From positions 23,872,001 to 23,936,000 of the forward strand of contig CM052816.1 in NCBI GenBank assembly GCA_028534125.1: 64,000 bases of DNA. Direction: 5' to 3'. Of this stretch, positions 13,601-27,398 are shown piece after piece. The DNA is from Lama glama. Its lineage: Eukaryota. Positions within the stretch are counted from its first letter, which is position 1; each line of letters starts with the position of its first letter. The notes under the pieces are model-generated. The model was not told the origin of the DNA and made no database searches. It saw only the letters and a program-made list of their open reading frames with translations. The translations under genes and the position numbers were made by a program.

Positions 13601-15149
13601 TTGTGGGAGCTTCTTACAAATGAAATTAAAAGTGAATTATATATATAGTCTGTCCTCAGATTAGGTATCTGCTTCCTTTTTGGCTATCTGATTTCTTTTT
13701 TTACGTTGTGTTTTTACTGAAAGAATTTCAGTACTCTGGAATAGATGTTTTCATTCCAAATCTGTGCTGTATTTATAAAACCTTCTCTTGTATTTTTCTT
13801 TTAAGAAGCTTTCTTGCTACGAACAACCTGAAAGAAAGATGTATTCATATTTCATGGGCACTTCTTTGGTAGTTCTGAAATAGCAAAAAAAAAAAAAATG
13901 AACATACCTGTTTTCCACATTGATTTTTAAATTTGCATTTCAAGTCCATGGACTTGAAAATCAAAAGAAAGCCCTGCCTTTTCAGGGCTAGGTCAGTTTA
14001 TATTTGACTTGAGATATCCAAGAGTAAACATCAGAATCTTCTAGTTATTTACATGCATGTTTTCCTCAATGTAGTATTTATGTTTAATTCAAAGAGGTGT
14101 TTGGGAAAATGTAAGTATTCTTGTGAACTCTGAAACCGTAGTGTTCAACAACATAAAAGCATTTTGAGGTATGTTGACCTGCTTCAGATAATGAACCAAC
14201 TACAGAAAGAAACCTGTGTACCTCTTCCTTACATTGAGTGAGTGAATTTATACTGCAAGTCAGTCTTTGATATTGTTTCTATTACTTCAGCTAAAGCTTG
14301 TATTTATTTTTAATTAGCTCACGTTTAACTGTTTAACTTTCTTGGCTGGGCATTTCGTTCAGTCACCGCTTGAGAATGTAGGCATACTCTAATTCTAACA
14401 GCCATACTTCTGAATTGTTCAGATTATGATATATGATTTGATTTAGAACTCACATCAAATGAATGATAGCAAAGGTCTGCTGAAAACAATGAAAAGTTTT
14501 TCTCTCTTTTTTTGTTTTACCAAAATGGGTTGTGCTTTAAAAAAAGTCTCACACCAAACGTGGAAATGTGAACAGGAAGGTGGATGAGAGTTAGAGGAGA
14601 ATGCTACACCCAGTATTAAAGTTCCATCCCTTATTTTCTGATTCGCATCCAGGAGTTTGGAATTAAAGCCAGCACTGTGATATTTTGTCTCTACTGTAGG
14701 CTTTTAAAATTCTTCCAAAACCTCACGGAGCCACAAATGGCAGAAACAGTCACCTCTGTTTGTGCACAGCACACGTTATGCCTAGGAAGGAATATGTTGC
14801 TTTTCATGGAATCAGAATTCAGATTTCCCACCAGAAAATTACATCTTATTACAGGAGAAAAACTAATCCAATTTATGTAAAGTTGTAGTAAAATAGTGAA
14901 GATTTCGATACAGAACCCTTTTGAAACAGGCTGATTCCTGTAGTCCTACTGAGTCCTCAGCCGTGCACACATGTGTTCACACTGTAAAATGCCCGTCTCC
15001 ATTCCCCATTCACTTAATGCCTCATTGATCCATATTAAAATTACAAGAGCCAAGTTTACCAGACATTCTGGCATAGTGTGGCTTGTTGGAATAATATTTT
15101 CCAGAAACACATGGCAGCTCTAACAGAATCTTTTCCTTCTGGATTGTAG

Positions 15150-15269
15150 ATATAAATGAATGTGAAAGCAACCCATGTGTCAATGGGGCCTGCAGGAACA
15201 ACCTTGGATCTTTTAATTGTGAATGTTCTCCTGGCAGCAAACTCAGCTCTACAGGACTGATCTGTATTG
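15150..15269 (+). CDS. FBN2: FBN2 exon ~20, cbEGF9 ([13 protein letters not shown]...GLICI)
   Basis: tgtag| ... |gtaagg; 120 nt. Confidence 0.96.
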
Positions 15270-16965
15270 GTAAGGTCCATGCATGGTGCTGTTTCCATCT
15301 CACTGTAAAGATAAGCAGAGACCTCAGGACGGACTTCGGATAAAAACAGAACATGACCACAGAAAGCTTATAATTGGGAGTTACTTTAGTTGTTTTCTTT
15401 TGTTATCAAGAAAGGAGTAGAACCTGATAGTTTAAGGTGGGCAGGCTCTTAAATTGTGTTGGAGTCTAGGAAGCGTTTCTTTTGTGCACATGCATGGATA
15501 TATATTATGCTGGAAGTTGTAAGCATTTCCATACCACGCACATATTTATATTCATTCCCCAGGAATGCCTTAGGCATCAGTACAATCAAATCCTTACTGC
15601 ATGCTTTTTATAAACAACCTTCAATGGTAAACAAAAAATGTGATAGCATTTGGACTCAGTTAACAGGACAAGAATCTGAAGAGTTTAAACTTTAAACAAA
15701 TAGAAAGAAAGAATTTACTGGGTTTTTTTTTCCATTTCTCCCATCAGTCATAAATTTATGGGCTCCAAGGAAGAGAAGATAACTGTTTTCTTGCTTTGGG
15801 AGATCTCTAAGGGAGAAAGATTTCAAAACATCCAATCTTTCAGTGTATCTCAAAACACATACGGTCAGTTCTGGATAAAGACAAGGACATATATAAAATG
15901 AAATAGTCTGGTCTATTACTATAAGGAACAGCTCAGCATGGGTAAAGGAAAAAACTATCCTAGTAATTCTTTTCTGCTTCTAATGTCTACGGCTCCATTG
16001 ATGAGGCAAATACAGTTCATAATATTACCTAGTATCCAACTTCAAAATAAATATCTATTTCCAAATAGGAAGATTTTTCACTTTTACATAGTGCCAAATA
16101 AATTGGCAGTTTTTGTTTGTTATCTTGCCAATATGAATTTTCAATTCAATATTTACCAAAGGCAATAGTATTTGCAGTATTATGTCTGATGCTAATAATA
16201 TTTAGCTGAATGCTTAGAGTACCTGTTTGTTGTATGAAGAGAAATGACCAAATCCAGAGTTATCAATGAAATCCTTCCCTTTGGAAATGCCAGCCCCTCA
16301 TCTCCCAGTGAGGTACAGCTGAAATTCGAGCTTATCCAGCTCTCCATATTAGGAAGTAAACTGCCATCTGCCTAGGGCATTACTTTTTTCTCACAGAATT
16401 CCAGGTTAGCAGGGAGGGCGTGTGGGTTGGATCTGGTAAGGAAGAAATGTTTTTCCTAAGCCACAATTTGCAGCTGAGATAGAGTCGTTTTATTATGCAG
16501 AGGAAATGAGCTCAGCATTAGTCAATTAATATCTCAGAACACTAAATCTGTATGTCAGTTGGGCATCAAAGATATCTTAGTGTTTGCTTCATCATAAACA
16601 CTTCTATGATTTTGATCTTTTACCCTTATAGTATTAATGAAAAAAGAACAAATCCTTTTTTTCCCAAGTCGTCATATTAGACACCTAACCACCACCATAT
16701 TTTTCTCAGCCACTGTGTTACACGTTTTCATTTGTTGTGATCAAATTTCAATATCCCAGCCTAGAGCTGCTCAGAAAAGAGTTTACTTAACATTTTAAAA
16801 TTTTAGACATTATTTTAATCTACCTTTTTCATTAAAAACAGAATTCTACTTTTAAAAAGGAAACAAATAGGAAAATATACTTAGGAAAAATTATGAATGT
16901 ACATTTTTAATAAGACTGTCAAATGGCTCTAATCAATTAGTGACTAACCTGCAAAGTGCTTCTTT

Positions 16966-17408
16966 TTTTTAACATTTTTTATTGATTTATAATCATTTTA
17001 CAATGTTGTGTCAAATTCCAGTGTTCAGCACAATTTTTCAGTCATTCATGGACATATACACACTCATTGTTACATTTTTTTCTCTGTGAGTTATCATAAC
17101 ATTTTCTGTATATTTCCCTGTGCTATACAGTGTAATCTTGTTTATCTATTCTACAATTTTGAAATCCCAGTCTATCCCTTCCCACCCTCTACCCGCCTGG
17201 TAACCACAAGTCTGTATTCTCTGTCCATGAGTCTATTTCTGTCCTGTATTTATGCTTTGTTTTTGTTTGTTTGTTTTTGTTTTTGTTTTTTAGATTCCAC
17301 ATATGAGTGATCTCATATGGTATTTTTCTTTCTCTTTCTGGCTTACTTCACTTAGAATGACATTCTCTAGGATCATCCATGTTGCTGCAAATGGCATTAT
17401 GTTGTCGG
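16966..17408 (-). mobile_element. 5'-truncated lineage-specific L1 3' end with perfect 15-bp target-site duplication
   Basis: gcaaagtgcttcttt at 16951-16965 and 17409-17423; poly(T) on the left; L1 3' motifs (tagattccacatatgagtga, cttacttcacttagaatga, atccatgttgctgcaaatggca). Confidence 0.9.
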
Positions 17409-18497
17409 GCAAAGTGCTTCTTTGTAGGGTCCAACTCTCTAAATATAGAACTGAATGAAAGTTCCCTGATGTGGTTACAAATTTAAAATTAAGTTGACTA
17501 CATATGAATTAGTTAGATACCAAGAATATTTAGGGATTTAGAAGCTGTTCTGCAAAATTCCTAAATATAAATTAATCTTGAACTGTTCTATAAACTGCTT
17601 GAGGAGACTAATATATTCCGGTTGAAATGATTAAAATTTCACATATGATTTATTTTACCCAATTAGTATTTGCCATGTCGACTTTGGATTCCTTGTCTCT
17701 GCTTCAAAACTGGTTATTTAACAGTCGCTTAAGGAAGAACTTAAATTTCATGTGGAAACATGGTCTAAAAAGTTAGGTGGTCGAATTCCAGGTGGTTTTT
17801 ATATTTCCTCTGCTATTTCTTCAAATAGTTTATCATAAACGTGTTACTTTTTGAACTAGAGATAAAGCCATGCAAAAGCATCATAGGAAAATGCCTGAAA
17901 GAAAATACATCAGGTATTAGCGCTGGTGTGTTTTAACCGTGGTTTTGTAGGTGATGTCTATTTTCTGTTTAATCTTTTTTTTTCAAATTATTCATTGAAC
18001 AGTTATCTTCAGTTGGATAAATACTGACTTCTCTCTAATAGAAAAGAAATTGTATGAGGTTTATTTGCTGGGGAATTAGGAGAAGATATTTGGAGAATGT
18101 TATTTGATCAAATCTTAAATATCAAAGCATTTATCATAGAGAATAAATCCTATGAGTATATCTTGTACAAGTAATAATCTTATCGCAGTAATGCACTGTA
18201 TTTGCAAATACCAGTGCAAAATCATGGCCAGTAGCAGCTGCTCCCAGAATACCCAGAGATGTAATTGTACTAATTACCATACCATGTGAGATATATACAG
18301 CATCATGTGTGATTTATCTGTATGTAATATGCTGTATTTAAATGCATGTATATGTAAATGTGTCCAGGATATGCAAAAAAGTTTTTTAAATAGTGGTTTT
18401 GTTTTTTAATACTATTAAACAATGCCTTTGGTGTATACAACTGAACTACATTTTCTTCAAAGATAAGAACTCCCCATCCTTCCCTGTTCCTTTTCAG

Positions 18498-18635
18498 ACA
18501 GCCTGAAAGGGACGTGTTGGCTCAACATCCAGGACAACCGCTGTGAGGTGAACATCAATGGAGCTACTCTGAAATCCGAATGCTGCGCCACCCTCGGGGC
18601 TGCCTGGGGGAGCCCCTGCGAACGGTGTGAGCTAG
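18498..18635 (+). CDS. FBN2: FBN2 exon ~21, hybrid domain 2 N-part ([46 protein letters not shown])
   Basis: ttcag| ... |gtaggg; 138 nt. Confidence 0.95.
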
Positions 18636-19220
18636 GTAGGGGCCTGACCACACAGCGCCTGGTCTTCTCCTTGGAAAGCCTCTCCCTCAACTAGGCACTT
18701 CTTTCTTTGTGTATTTCCATAGTGACAAAGACCGTAAGATCATTATCCTCCCTAACATGTTGTCTTCTCTGGTGTAATGTCTGCACTTCCTGAAATATGC
18801 ATTTGGCTATCCTTCTACTGTAAGCAGACCTGCTGAATATTTTAGACAAGGAAGGGAGTCAGCTAGACTTGAACGGCTGGAGAACTGTCAGTACCCTCCA
18901 GTATCCTTGTTTGCATGTGTCCCAGAAGAATCTGATGTGTATTTCCTGTAAGTCTTTTATTGATTTACTTGTAATTCAGTTGGCAATGTGAAAGTAAAAG
19001 GGAATTGTAGGAAAAATTATGAGAATCTCAATGTGGGCCAACAGCACATCCTGTGCTCCCCAGAACTGAACAGCAGGCGGCTAGAGTCCTTGGCCTCTAA
19101 AACCTGATGGTGGTTTTCATTTAGTTCAATTTAGACTCCATCATACTGTTTCTTGAGCTTAATTAAGACTGTCGTGTCTTCTTCTGTGGTGAAGTAAAGA
19201 TATGCCCTTCGTTCTCACAG

Positions 19221-19271
19221 ACACAGCTTGCCCAAGAGGCTTTGCCAGGATTAAAGGTGTTACTTGTGAAG
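19221..19271 (+). CDS. FBN2: FBN2 exon ~22, hybrid domain 2 C-part (DTACPRGFARIKGVTCE)
   Basis: cacag| ... |gtgagt; 51 nt. Confidence 0.93.
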
Positions 19272-19735
19272 GTGAGTACATTCTTCAGTGATACTGTAAG
19301 TCTTTAGAGCGGTATATAAAATTAACATTCACATTTTGGAGCTGTTTATCATTTTCAAAAAAACTTTAGAATTTCAATAAAAATGCTCGATGTATTTGGA
19401 TATGCTTTAGAATAATGCTCTTAGGAGACTGCTTAGTGTTTCCCATTTCTCCTCTTCATACCATTGGATTTTCATGAGGACATCACTAGCCTTTAAGGCA
19501 CAGAACAGCTGGCAAAGAGCGTGTCTGAGCGTGTTTTATGGACGAGCAGGGCTGGAGTAGTTTTCATGGCTGGTATCTAGGAAACCCACTGACTTCGTTG
19601 TAGAATATTTCTGCTTAACTCAAGTAATAAACCACATTGTACTGCAGATTGAATATGCTATACAGAAAGTAAGACTGCACCTGCTTTTTCTATTTGTAAC
19701 ATCTTTATCCCTCTGCTTGCTTCATTTCCCTACAG

Positions 19736-19861
19736 ACGTTAATGAGTGTGAGGTGTTTCCTGGCGTTTGTCCAAATGGACGTTGTGTCAACAGTAAAGGA
19801 TCTTTTCATTGTGAGTGCCCTGAAGGCCTTACGTTGGATGGAACTGGCCGTGTGTGTTTGG
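19736..19861 (+). CDS. FBN2: FBN2 exon ~23, cbEGF10 ([15 protein letters not shown]...GRVCL)
   Basis: tacag| ... |gtaaga; 126 nt. Confidence 0.96.
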
Positions 19862-21321
19862 GTAAGATTCACACTCTCAAGGATTGTATGCATGAAACCA
19901 AGCATAAATTTTCTTATTTGATGAGGGGGTAGTGGCCTGTTCAAAGCTGTTAGGTCTGTATTTGGAAAATTTGCTTTAAATGAGATATTTTAGGGGAAAC
20001 TCACTAGCGGGTGTTTTTTAAGTGAATAAATTTAAATTAAGTGGCTTATGTATAATATAGAAAGTTGGTACTGCTCACAAATTTCTCAGAAATTATAATT
20101 TCTTTAATCTGATATTTTAGGCCTATTTAGTCTTTTACTGAGTCACTGGAATAAGAGAACTATGTCTATTTTGAACACAGAAGAAAAACTGGAGACTCGT
20201 GTTTGAAGTTAACGTTTACCATCCGCTGCAGCTAGACACGACAGTGGGGGAAGTCATGGCTAAGTTACGTGGCTTCTGTGTGAAACTATGACTGATCCTG
20301 GTCCTCCCTTTACCACTTTCAGAGTTTAAATTTTCTTAATGCTTTTCTTTCTGAAGATGGTAAATGAGGAAGCTCTTTCTTTCAGTGTTGTATTATAGAA
20401 ATGCCTAGCTGGCCTTGTTTTTTATCAGTGTCATCCTTGACTAGACTTAGGTTTCATGACTGAAAAAGAAACTTTTGCTCTATGTACTCTCCGAACAATT
20501 TTTTACTTACTTAAGGAATTTTTTTCCCCAATATTTTATGAAACAGTAAGTTTTTGGTTTGTAAAATAACTTTATATATGCTTGTACTTGAAATTAAGCT
20601 TGTAGACCAAGATCTTTAAGGTATTTAAGTAAGTATTTAACAAATTATATGTTAAATAAGAATTCAGAAATTATATATTAAATAAGCATTTTAAAAATTG
20701 TTACATTCAAAGGTCTTGAAGGTATTTTAAAAACCAGTTTTTAAAATTAGTAGTAAGAAAAATGGTTAGTTATTATAATTAACACAATTTTCACTTTAAT
20801 TTTTGACAGCATATTTAAATTTGAATACCAAGCATGACTGTAAAATTATATGGAATTGTTTCAAAATTATAAAACCCAAAATCCAATAATAAAGAAAAAT
20901 TCTTTTCAGAATTTTATTCTTAAATTATCTCCAACGTTTAGAAAAAAGTTAAGTATCTTTTGAAGATGACAAATAATTGCATCAGTATAGTCAAATAACT
21001 AATGAGGTCAAATTGCCTTCAGTAACCGAACGATGCTATTCATATGAATTTATGTCATTGGTTTTAAATGTTTGCTCAGCAAAATAAATTCCCAGTAAAG
21101 TTACTCAAAATCAAAGCTTTGTAATGTTTTAAAAGGATATATTGGATTCTTTATCCTTGTACTTTGGTTCACAATGTTTTTGTCACTACTTAAATTACAC
21201 TGTAATAATTTATTGTGGTTGTGGATGTGAGAAAGTTTCAAGAAGAGATTGGCATATGACAATGGAAAATATTCTGAGAACAAAAACAGAGATAAACTGC
21301 TCTGATAGAAACTGATCTAAA

Positions 21322-21510
21322 TCAGGAGTTCCAAACTCAGATGCTTGCAAGAGACCAAGCAGGTAACATAAATGAGTGGGGTGGTAATAAGGAGTGGTGG
21401 GGACTGCAGCCAACTGTAGAGCACATGTACCATCCAAATGTTTCCAAATTAACAATTTCTGTGCAAGCCAGTCAAAACATTCACAGGCCATAGGTAGCCA
21501 GTGTCCTGAC
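21322..21510. mobile_element. Probable hAT-Charlie type non-autonomous DNA transposon remnant
   Basis: caggagttccaaactcagatgc...gcaggtaacataaatgagt...ggagtggtggggactg recalled as a hAT MER element; subfamily uncertain. Confidence 0.5.
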
Positions 21511-21981
21511 AGTGTTTTGATTCCTGATGTAAATACTGATATGACTCTTGGTAGTATAGGCACAGGATTACTTTGCCAGACTATCATAACTTTTTACATA
21601 CCATATTCAAATGATTTTTACCCCCACTAATTCCAGAATTACCCATATTTTACTGTAAAATATGCTAAAATGAACTTATTCTTTCTGAGGTAAGAAGTAC
21701 AAAAAAGGATCATAGGTGATGATAAGGAGTCTTGTCCCAAGGGAACCTTTTGTTTCTGAAGGTGTCATGTGAAAATTAGATAATACTGAGGGAGAACCCA
21801 CCATTGCTCTCTTTTAATGACTGTCTTTGTGGTGTCCATTTCAGGAGTCTGGGGACTGTGTCTCCTGCCCATTAGTGTATCTCCAGGGCATGGCATCATG
21901 CCAGATACTAAGATGCTTGGTACGTGAGTGTTCAGTGAATCTTACAAGTTAATCTCTGACTGTGGTCCCCTCTCCCTGTAG

Positions 21982-22209
21982 ATATCCGCATGGAACAGTG
22001 TTACTTGAAGTGGGATGAAGATGAATGCATCCATCCTGTTCCGGGGAAGTTCCGCATGGATGCCTGCTGCTGTGCAGTCGGAGCAGCTTGGGGCACCGAG
22101 TGTGAAGAGTGCCCCAAAGCTGGCACCAAGGAGTATGAGACCCTGTGCCCCCGGGGGCCTGGCTTTGCTAACAGAGGGGATGTTCTTACTGGGAGGCCGT
22201 TTTACAAAG
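21982..22209 (+). CDS. FBN2: FBN2 exon ~24, TB3 with RGD ([16 protein letters not shown]...[15 protein letters not shown])
   Basis: tgtag| ... |gtgact; 228 nt; RGD at 22173-22181. Confidence 0.96.
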
Positions 22210-22571
22210 GTGACTGTCAGCAGCCCATTGGTCCCTCTGCACTAAAGCTCACCTTCAGTGTTGTCTGAGAATTGGTTTTGCTTTAAACATTTGATTTCCT
22301 ACTTTATTTTCTTTGTTACAGAAAACATGTGGCCAGCCTCATGGCCCATATTATAAATCACCTATACAAGTTGATGTTGAAGTGAAGATGCTAAAACAGA
22401 CTGCTAATCTCACACTTCTTACATCCTTCCACTGACCTCTGCTTTCTTCAACCCATCCTGATGAGATGCAGCCCTGATGTTGCAACAAGTTCTCTATCCC
22501 CCCCAAAACTTTACAAAACAAATGGTCAGAAATAAAGGGGTCAGAAGTGTTCATTAAAAATATAGAATCTT

Positions 22572-22704
22572 GGGCTGTGTGGTAGAACATGTGCTTAGCG
22601 TGCACAAGGTCCTGGGTTCAATCCCCAGTACCTCCATTAAAAGAAATTAAATAAATAAACATAATTACCTCCTCCCCAACCCCAAAAAAAAATTAGAGAG
22701 AGAG
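22572..22704 (+). mobile_element. tRNA-derived SINE (camelid Vic-1-like) with A-rich tail
   Basis: gtggtagaacatgtgcttagcgtgcacaaggtcctgggttcaatccccagtacctcc; B box GGTTCAATCCC; candidate TSD agaatcttg at 22564-22572 and 22705-22713. Confidence 0.85.
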
Positions 22705-22885
22705 AGAATCTTGTTCACAATTGAAACTTTTTCTGTGGCATCAGTGTGACCATTGACAAATTTGATATCCCCCAGTTTCACTCGGGCACGTTATTTTCCA
22801 TCATGATAGATTTTTAAACTTAAAATGGTGGACCTGCTCTTTTCATATCAACTGGCTCTACATTCCAGCTCTGTTCTGCTTGTAG

Positions 22886-23011
22886 ATATCAATGAGTGCA
22901 AAGCATTTCCTGGGATGTGCACCTATGGAAAGTGCAGGAACACGATTGGAAGTTTCAAGTGCCGTTGCAATAGTGGCTTTGCTCTAGACATGGAGGAAAG
23001 AAACTGTACAG
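22886..23011 (+). CDS. FBN2: FBN2 exon ~25, cbEGF11 ([15 protein letters not shown]...ERNCT)
   Basis: tgtag| ... |gtgaga; 126 nt. Confidence 0.96.
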
Positions 23012-24974
23012 GTGAGACTGTTCTTTTGTTGTCTTGGGTAAACCCTGGCTCTCTTCCTTTTGCCCTTTGAAAGCACAGCCTTCAAAAGCCCATCCTCTCA
23101 CTGGGATCATGTAAATAGTTCTTTTTATTTTCTTTTCCCTATGCTTAAACCACTTCTCTAAGCAAACTTGTTATGAGAGAGCTTCAAGAGAGCATAAAAA
23201 TATTTGCTCTACCTAACATATAGATGGGATTTTCAGAATCTATGAACACTAAAGAATGTAGCCATTATATCAACACTTGTATGAACTTGACATTCTGTTA
23301 CAAATGTTAAGATTTGTAACAGAGAAGTTGTAACCTAGTTTCCTCATCTGTGGACAGTTTTTCTTAATAATTATGCTTTATAATTATGAATTATATTATG
23401 AAAAGCATAATAATTATGGATAGCTTCAGTTGCTATCCATGTCCTTATTCATAATGATTTCCTTTAGTTGGAAAAGATACAAAATTCCAAATTTTTCTAT
23501 TAGATAATATAACATATTAGTCCAAACACTTGAAATATTATCTCCAAGACCTTATTTCAGAACTCTCCTTTTTCATATTCTCTTTGGAATTGTCCCTTTT
23601 CTCCTGCCCTTGCACCTGCTGTGTCTTCATGGTCTCCACTGAAGTGTCTCTCTGGACTTCTTCCTGACTTCCTGCTCCAAAGGTCCCACTGACTCACTCT
23701 TGGCCCTCCATGGCCTAGGCTATCCCCAAACCATCCATCTGGTCTCCTGGGGTGTAGTCTTGTCTTTCTGTGCCTTCCCTACCAACCCCCTCACCACTGT
23801 TTCCTCCACTCAGGGCTGCAGAACTAGGAGGGAGAGTCTCAGGAGAGCTGACCAAGATCCATGCATTGACTCTCAGACAGGCCTCGCAGCTGCAGAGTGA
23901 TACTCACATTCACCTCTTCACATCACTTAATGAGTTTCTCTTAGCACTGCTTCTGAACCTCTTCTTACTCGCACACCCGCTCATGTCACTATTCATTCTT
24001 TTTCTTCTTTATTGAAGTCAAGCCTGATCGCCAGGTCACACTCACCTCTCTGGTAATAAAATTTCCTCTTCCAGCCCTATTTTCTCCTCTCCTTTTGGAG
24101 AATGAGATGTGATGTTCTGGAGTTAAATCCTCTGCTTCCACTCTCCCTCCCTCCTCCTGCCCCAGACCCTTTTCAGCAGAATTCACGCTTCTCTCTTTCT
24201 CTCTCTAGCATCTCCCCTGCTTTACTGTTCCTTTCCTAAGACCTGTAAACAAGTGCAAAATGTGTCCTCAGCCCTTCTTTTCCCTCAAGCTACCATCCTC
24301 TTTTCCTACTTTTACTTCTCATTCCTCTCTCTTAACTGACCACTTGCTTTGTAAGCCCCTGCATTTTGACTGCTGTCCTCCCTCCTTGCAGAACACCTTT
24401 GTTGAGTTAAAAAAAAAAAATCTCCCTTGGTGCATATTCTCCCTGACCTCTGGCCAAACCTTGTCCTTGATTTCCTTCCTTCTTGGTTTCCATGGTATTT
24501 CCCTGCCTCAAGGGAAGGTATTGTCCTTCCATGACTCTGATGTTCCTTTTCCTGTCTTCACAGATTCTTCTTGCCTTCTGTGTTTTCCATCCCTTGGGCG
24601 TTTTTACAAAGTCTGCTGTCTCAGCATTCTGCCTCTCAGAATCACATCTCCTGTCACGACTGTGGAGATGGCCTTTGTTGAGCTGACTTCCTAGGTGCCC
24701 TCTCTAGCCCTCCTTTCCTCTTGCATTCCGTTCCCACATTTCTAACTTCCCCTGGGCAGTTTCTCTTTGTTTTCATCTCCCTTTGTTACATCTCCTCCTT
24801 CCTCTGCCTAAGGACTTCCTTGTATGTATTAATAATATCATTTCACTCAGGACTGAAGCCTCAAAAGCCTCAAACTTAATTTTGGCATCTCCCTCTCCTA
24901 ATAGACAAGTGAGAAGTTATGTATATTCTTCCATCAAAATGGCTTTTTTAAAGATTTATAATATTTCTTCTACA

Positions 24975-25405
24975 CTGTTACAGATACAGGGTCAGCTCCT
25001 CAGGAGGAAGACTCTGAGCAGAGGTTAGCATGCGGGAATTTTATTAGGGATTGTTCTTGGGATCAACAACTAGGGGAGGGAGAAGTGGGCAAAAGTGGGC
25101 GAAGGGAGACGGGGGTGATGGAGTCCTCAACCACCCCCTGCATCTGAGAAGCCCAACAGAATTGTCTTGAGTCAGGGCAGTGGGGCTGAGCATGTATGTA
25201 CACGCATGATGAATCTTTGGATACACCTGCCCAGAGAAGGGCTGCAACTGTGGGGAACGGTCCTCTTAGCTGAGGCATTTCCTGAATATAGTTTATACCT
25301 CAGGACTTTCTGCCAACAATGGTCCTGAAAGCTGAGAGCAGAAGACGAGTTAAGTCCATCCTTCCTGAGTGGGGAATTGGGCAACACATCGCAGGTCCCT
25401 CCAAC
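24975..25405. mobile_element. Old ERVL-class solo LTR remnant (subfamily not determined)
   Basis: gactctgagcagaggttagcatgcgggaattttattagggattgttcttgggatcaaca... resembles ancient eutherian LTR consensus sequences. Confidence 0.55.
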
Positions 25406-26004
25406 GTCTTCCACCCCAGTACTTTTCCATAGTCAGATCCTGCATTTTCACAACCACCAGGTTTTCTCATCCTAACGCAGGGCCTAGATTGTGTACCTTC
25501 CCAAGAAACACCTCCCATTGACTCAGACGATCCCAGACCTGGGTGGAGAAGCCCGTCCAGTCTGAGTGCACGTCTTGTTCCTGGTGTGAAATTAGCCAAG
25601 TTGCTTAATAGCACTGAAACTCGCCCTTTTTTACCTGTGTAAGTGAGATGTTTGTTGACAACACGGCAGTGTTGTGGAGGCTAGTGTGAAAGACAGCGGG
25701 ACACTGTTGGCTGCTGTTCTTCACAGAGTTTAAGGCCAACCTTCTCTGCGTGTTGGCACCTGAGTAATCATACCCATCCCATTTGTACCTTGCACTAATA
25801 TGCAGGCTCTGGAGTCTAGCCCCTCTGTAACTTTTTGTTCTTTGTAACACGTTAATTTTCTTAACCTATGCATTTTAGCTCTTGTCTTTCTATTTATCAC
25901 TTATCTTTAAAGTTGGAATTTGTGTGCAACCTTCCAGGGTCAGTTCAAAAGCCACTGCCTCCAAAATACTAATTCTTAGCGGAGACCACCTTACATATAT
26001 ACAG

Positions 26005-26215
26005 CACTCATTATGAGACAGGAACTATTCTCAGCACTGGGGAAATATTTCACTTACTCCTATCAGGCAGGTTCTACTACACTCCCCGTTTTACAGATAA
26101 GGAAATTGAGGGACAAAGAAATCAAATAATTTTCCTAAGACCCTACATCCAGAAGATGACAGAAGTGGGATTGGTACCCAGTGTCTGATTCTGGAGTTCA
26201 TAATCTACACCATGC
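26005..26215 (-). mobile_element. MIR SINE
   Basis: ccccgttttacagataaggaaattgaggg...aataattttcctaag...tctgattctggagttca is the MIR core in reverse. Confidence 0.8.
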
Positions 26216-27398
26216 AGCTGCCTCCAAATCACATCAGCCAAAACTTGTCCCTGCTCTGCCATTGAATTTATTCTGTGTCCTTCATATGGTTTTCCTCACC
26301 AGTTCCCAGATACTGGTAGATAAAAAGAGAAGTAATGTGCATATTGTTAGCTACTTAATTGAATCAATCAATTTTGTTAAGATTTTTGTTCAGAAAAAAG
26401 TACCTACATTTTTGCAGTATGTCCTGAAATTGGGAAAACCAATCAAGACCAAAAGCTGGGAGAAGGCAGAAGCTGAGACCCACCTCCCCAGGAGTACACG
26501 ACCAAGTTAGACTTGTAAATCCTGTGATAGAAAACTTAAAAATTAAAGTTCAGCAAAATAAACAAATGCTGGCAGAAAACATTTTTTTCCACTGTGACAA
26601 ACATTTAAACAAGTCTTGTTTTCTTAATCGTATTTTATAGACATAACTTCTCTATTGAAAAACTCTTGATTATAGGCATGGGAGATTTCTCAGAGAATCC
26701 TGTTTCTGAGAATACAAATGCTGCTATTAAAGGTTCTTATTTACTGTGGTGTAAAAAGTGACAAACACAAAAGCGGGACATTTTCTTTGGTTTCTAGCTG
26801 TAAGATTAGGTCAGTAGGCTCTTCCATCTGAATGTGACACAAGCACAATTGGGGCATATCCTGTGGCCTTGCCATAAATGTGCCCCCTGTGACTCAAGGT
26901 TCGGCAGCCGCGCCTGCCTCTGAGGTGGGCTGTGTGGCCAGCGCGCCCTGCCTGCCCAGAGTGCTCCCACCAGGGGTGGACGAGGGCTAGCGCTGCAGAA
27001 CCCGCGTGGCCGTGTCCCCCAGGGGACTTCATGTGTGCCTACTACTCCCTCGTGTGCCACCTGCCTTGGTCGGCTCGTGCCACAGTTGCTTGGCTCCTCC
27101 TTCTGTTACCATTTCTAAGCCACGAAGGGAAAGCCACAATTCCAGAATTCTTAAAGGCAAAGAGGCACCTCGGGCCCGTTGGCTGTGGCAGTTAAGGCAG
27201 TTGGGGAAAGGAATGTGCCTGCGGCCCCGTGCCCCTCGAGGTGATCTCCTGAGAACTCCTCCTGCTGCTGGCCGCTGATTTCGCCAGCACTTCAAGGCTG
27301 CTGCACCTTCACCTGGAAGGCCGGATCCCTCTGCTCGTTAACACCTTCCCATCTCACTCTGGTTTTTTCACAAATGTCTTTTAAACCCCATGCCCCAG

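Noticed and set aside
23560..24960. Long pyrimidine-rich stretch with 144-aa ORF as a coding or triplex element
   Set aside because: Low-complexity composition typical of decayed L2 sequence, with no mirror symmetry or protein motif seen.
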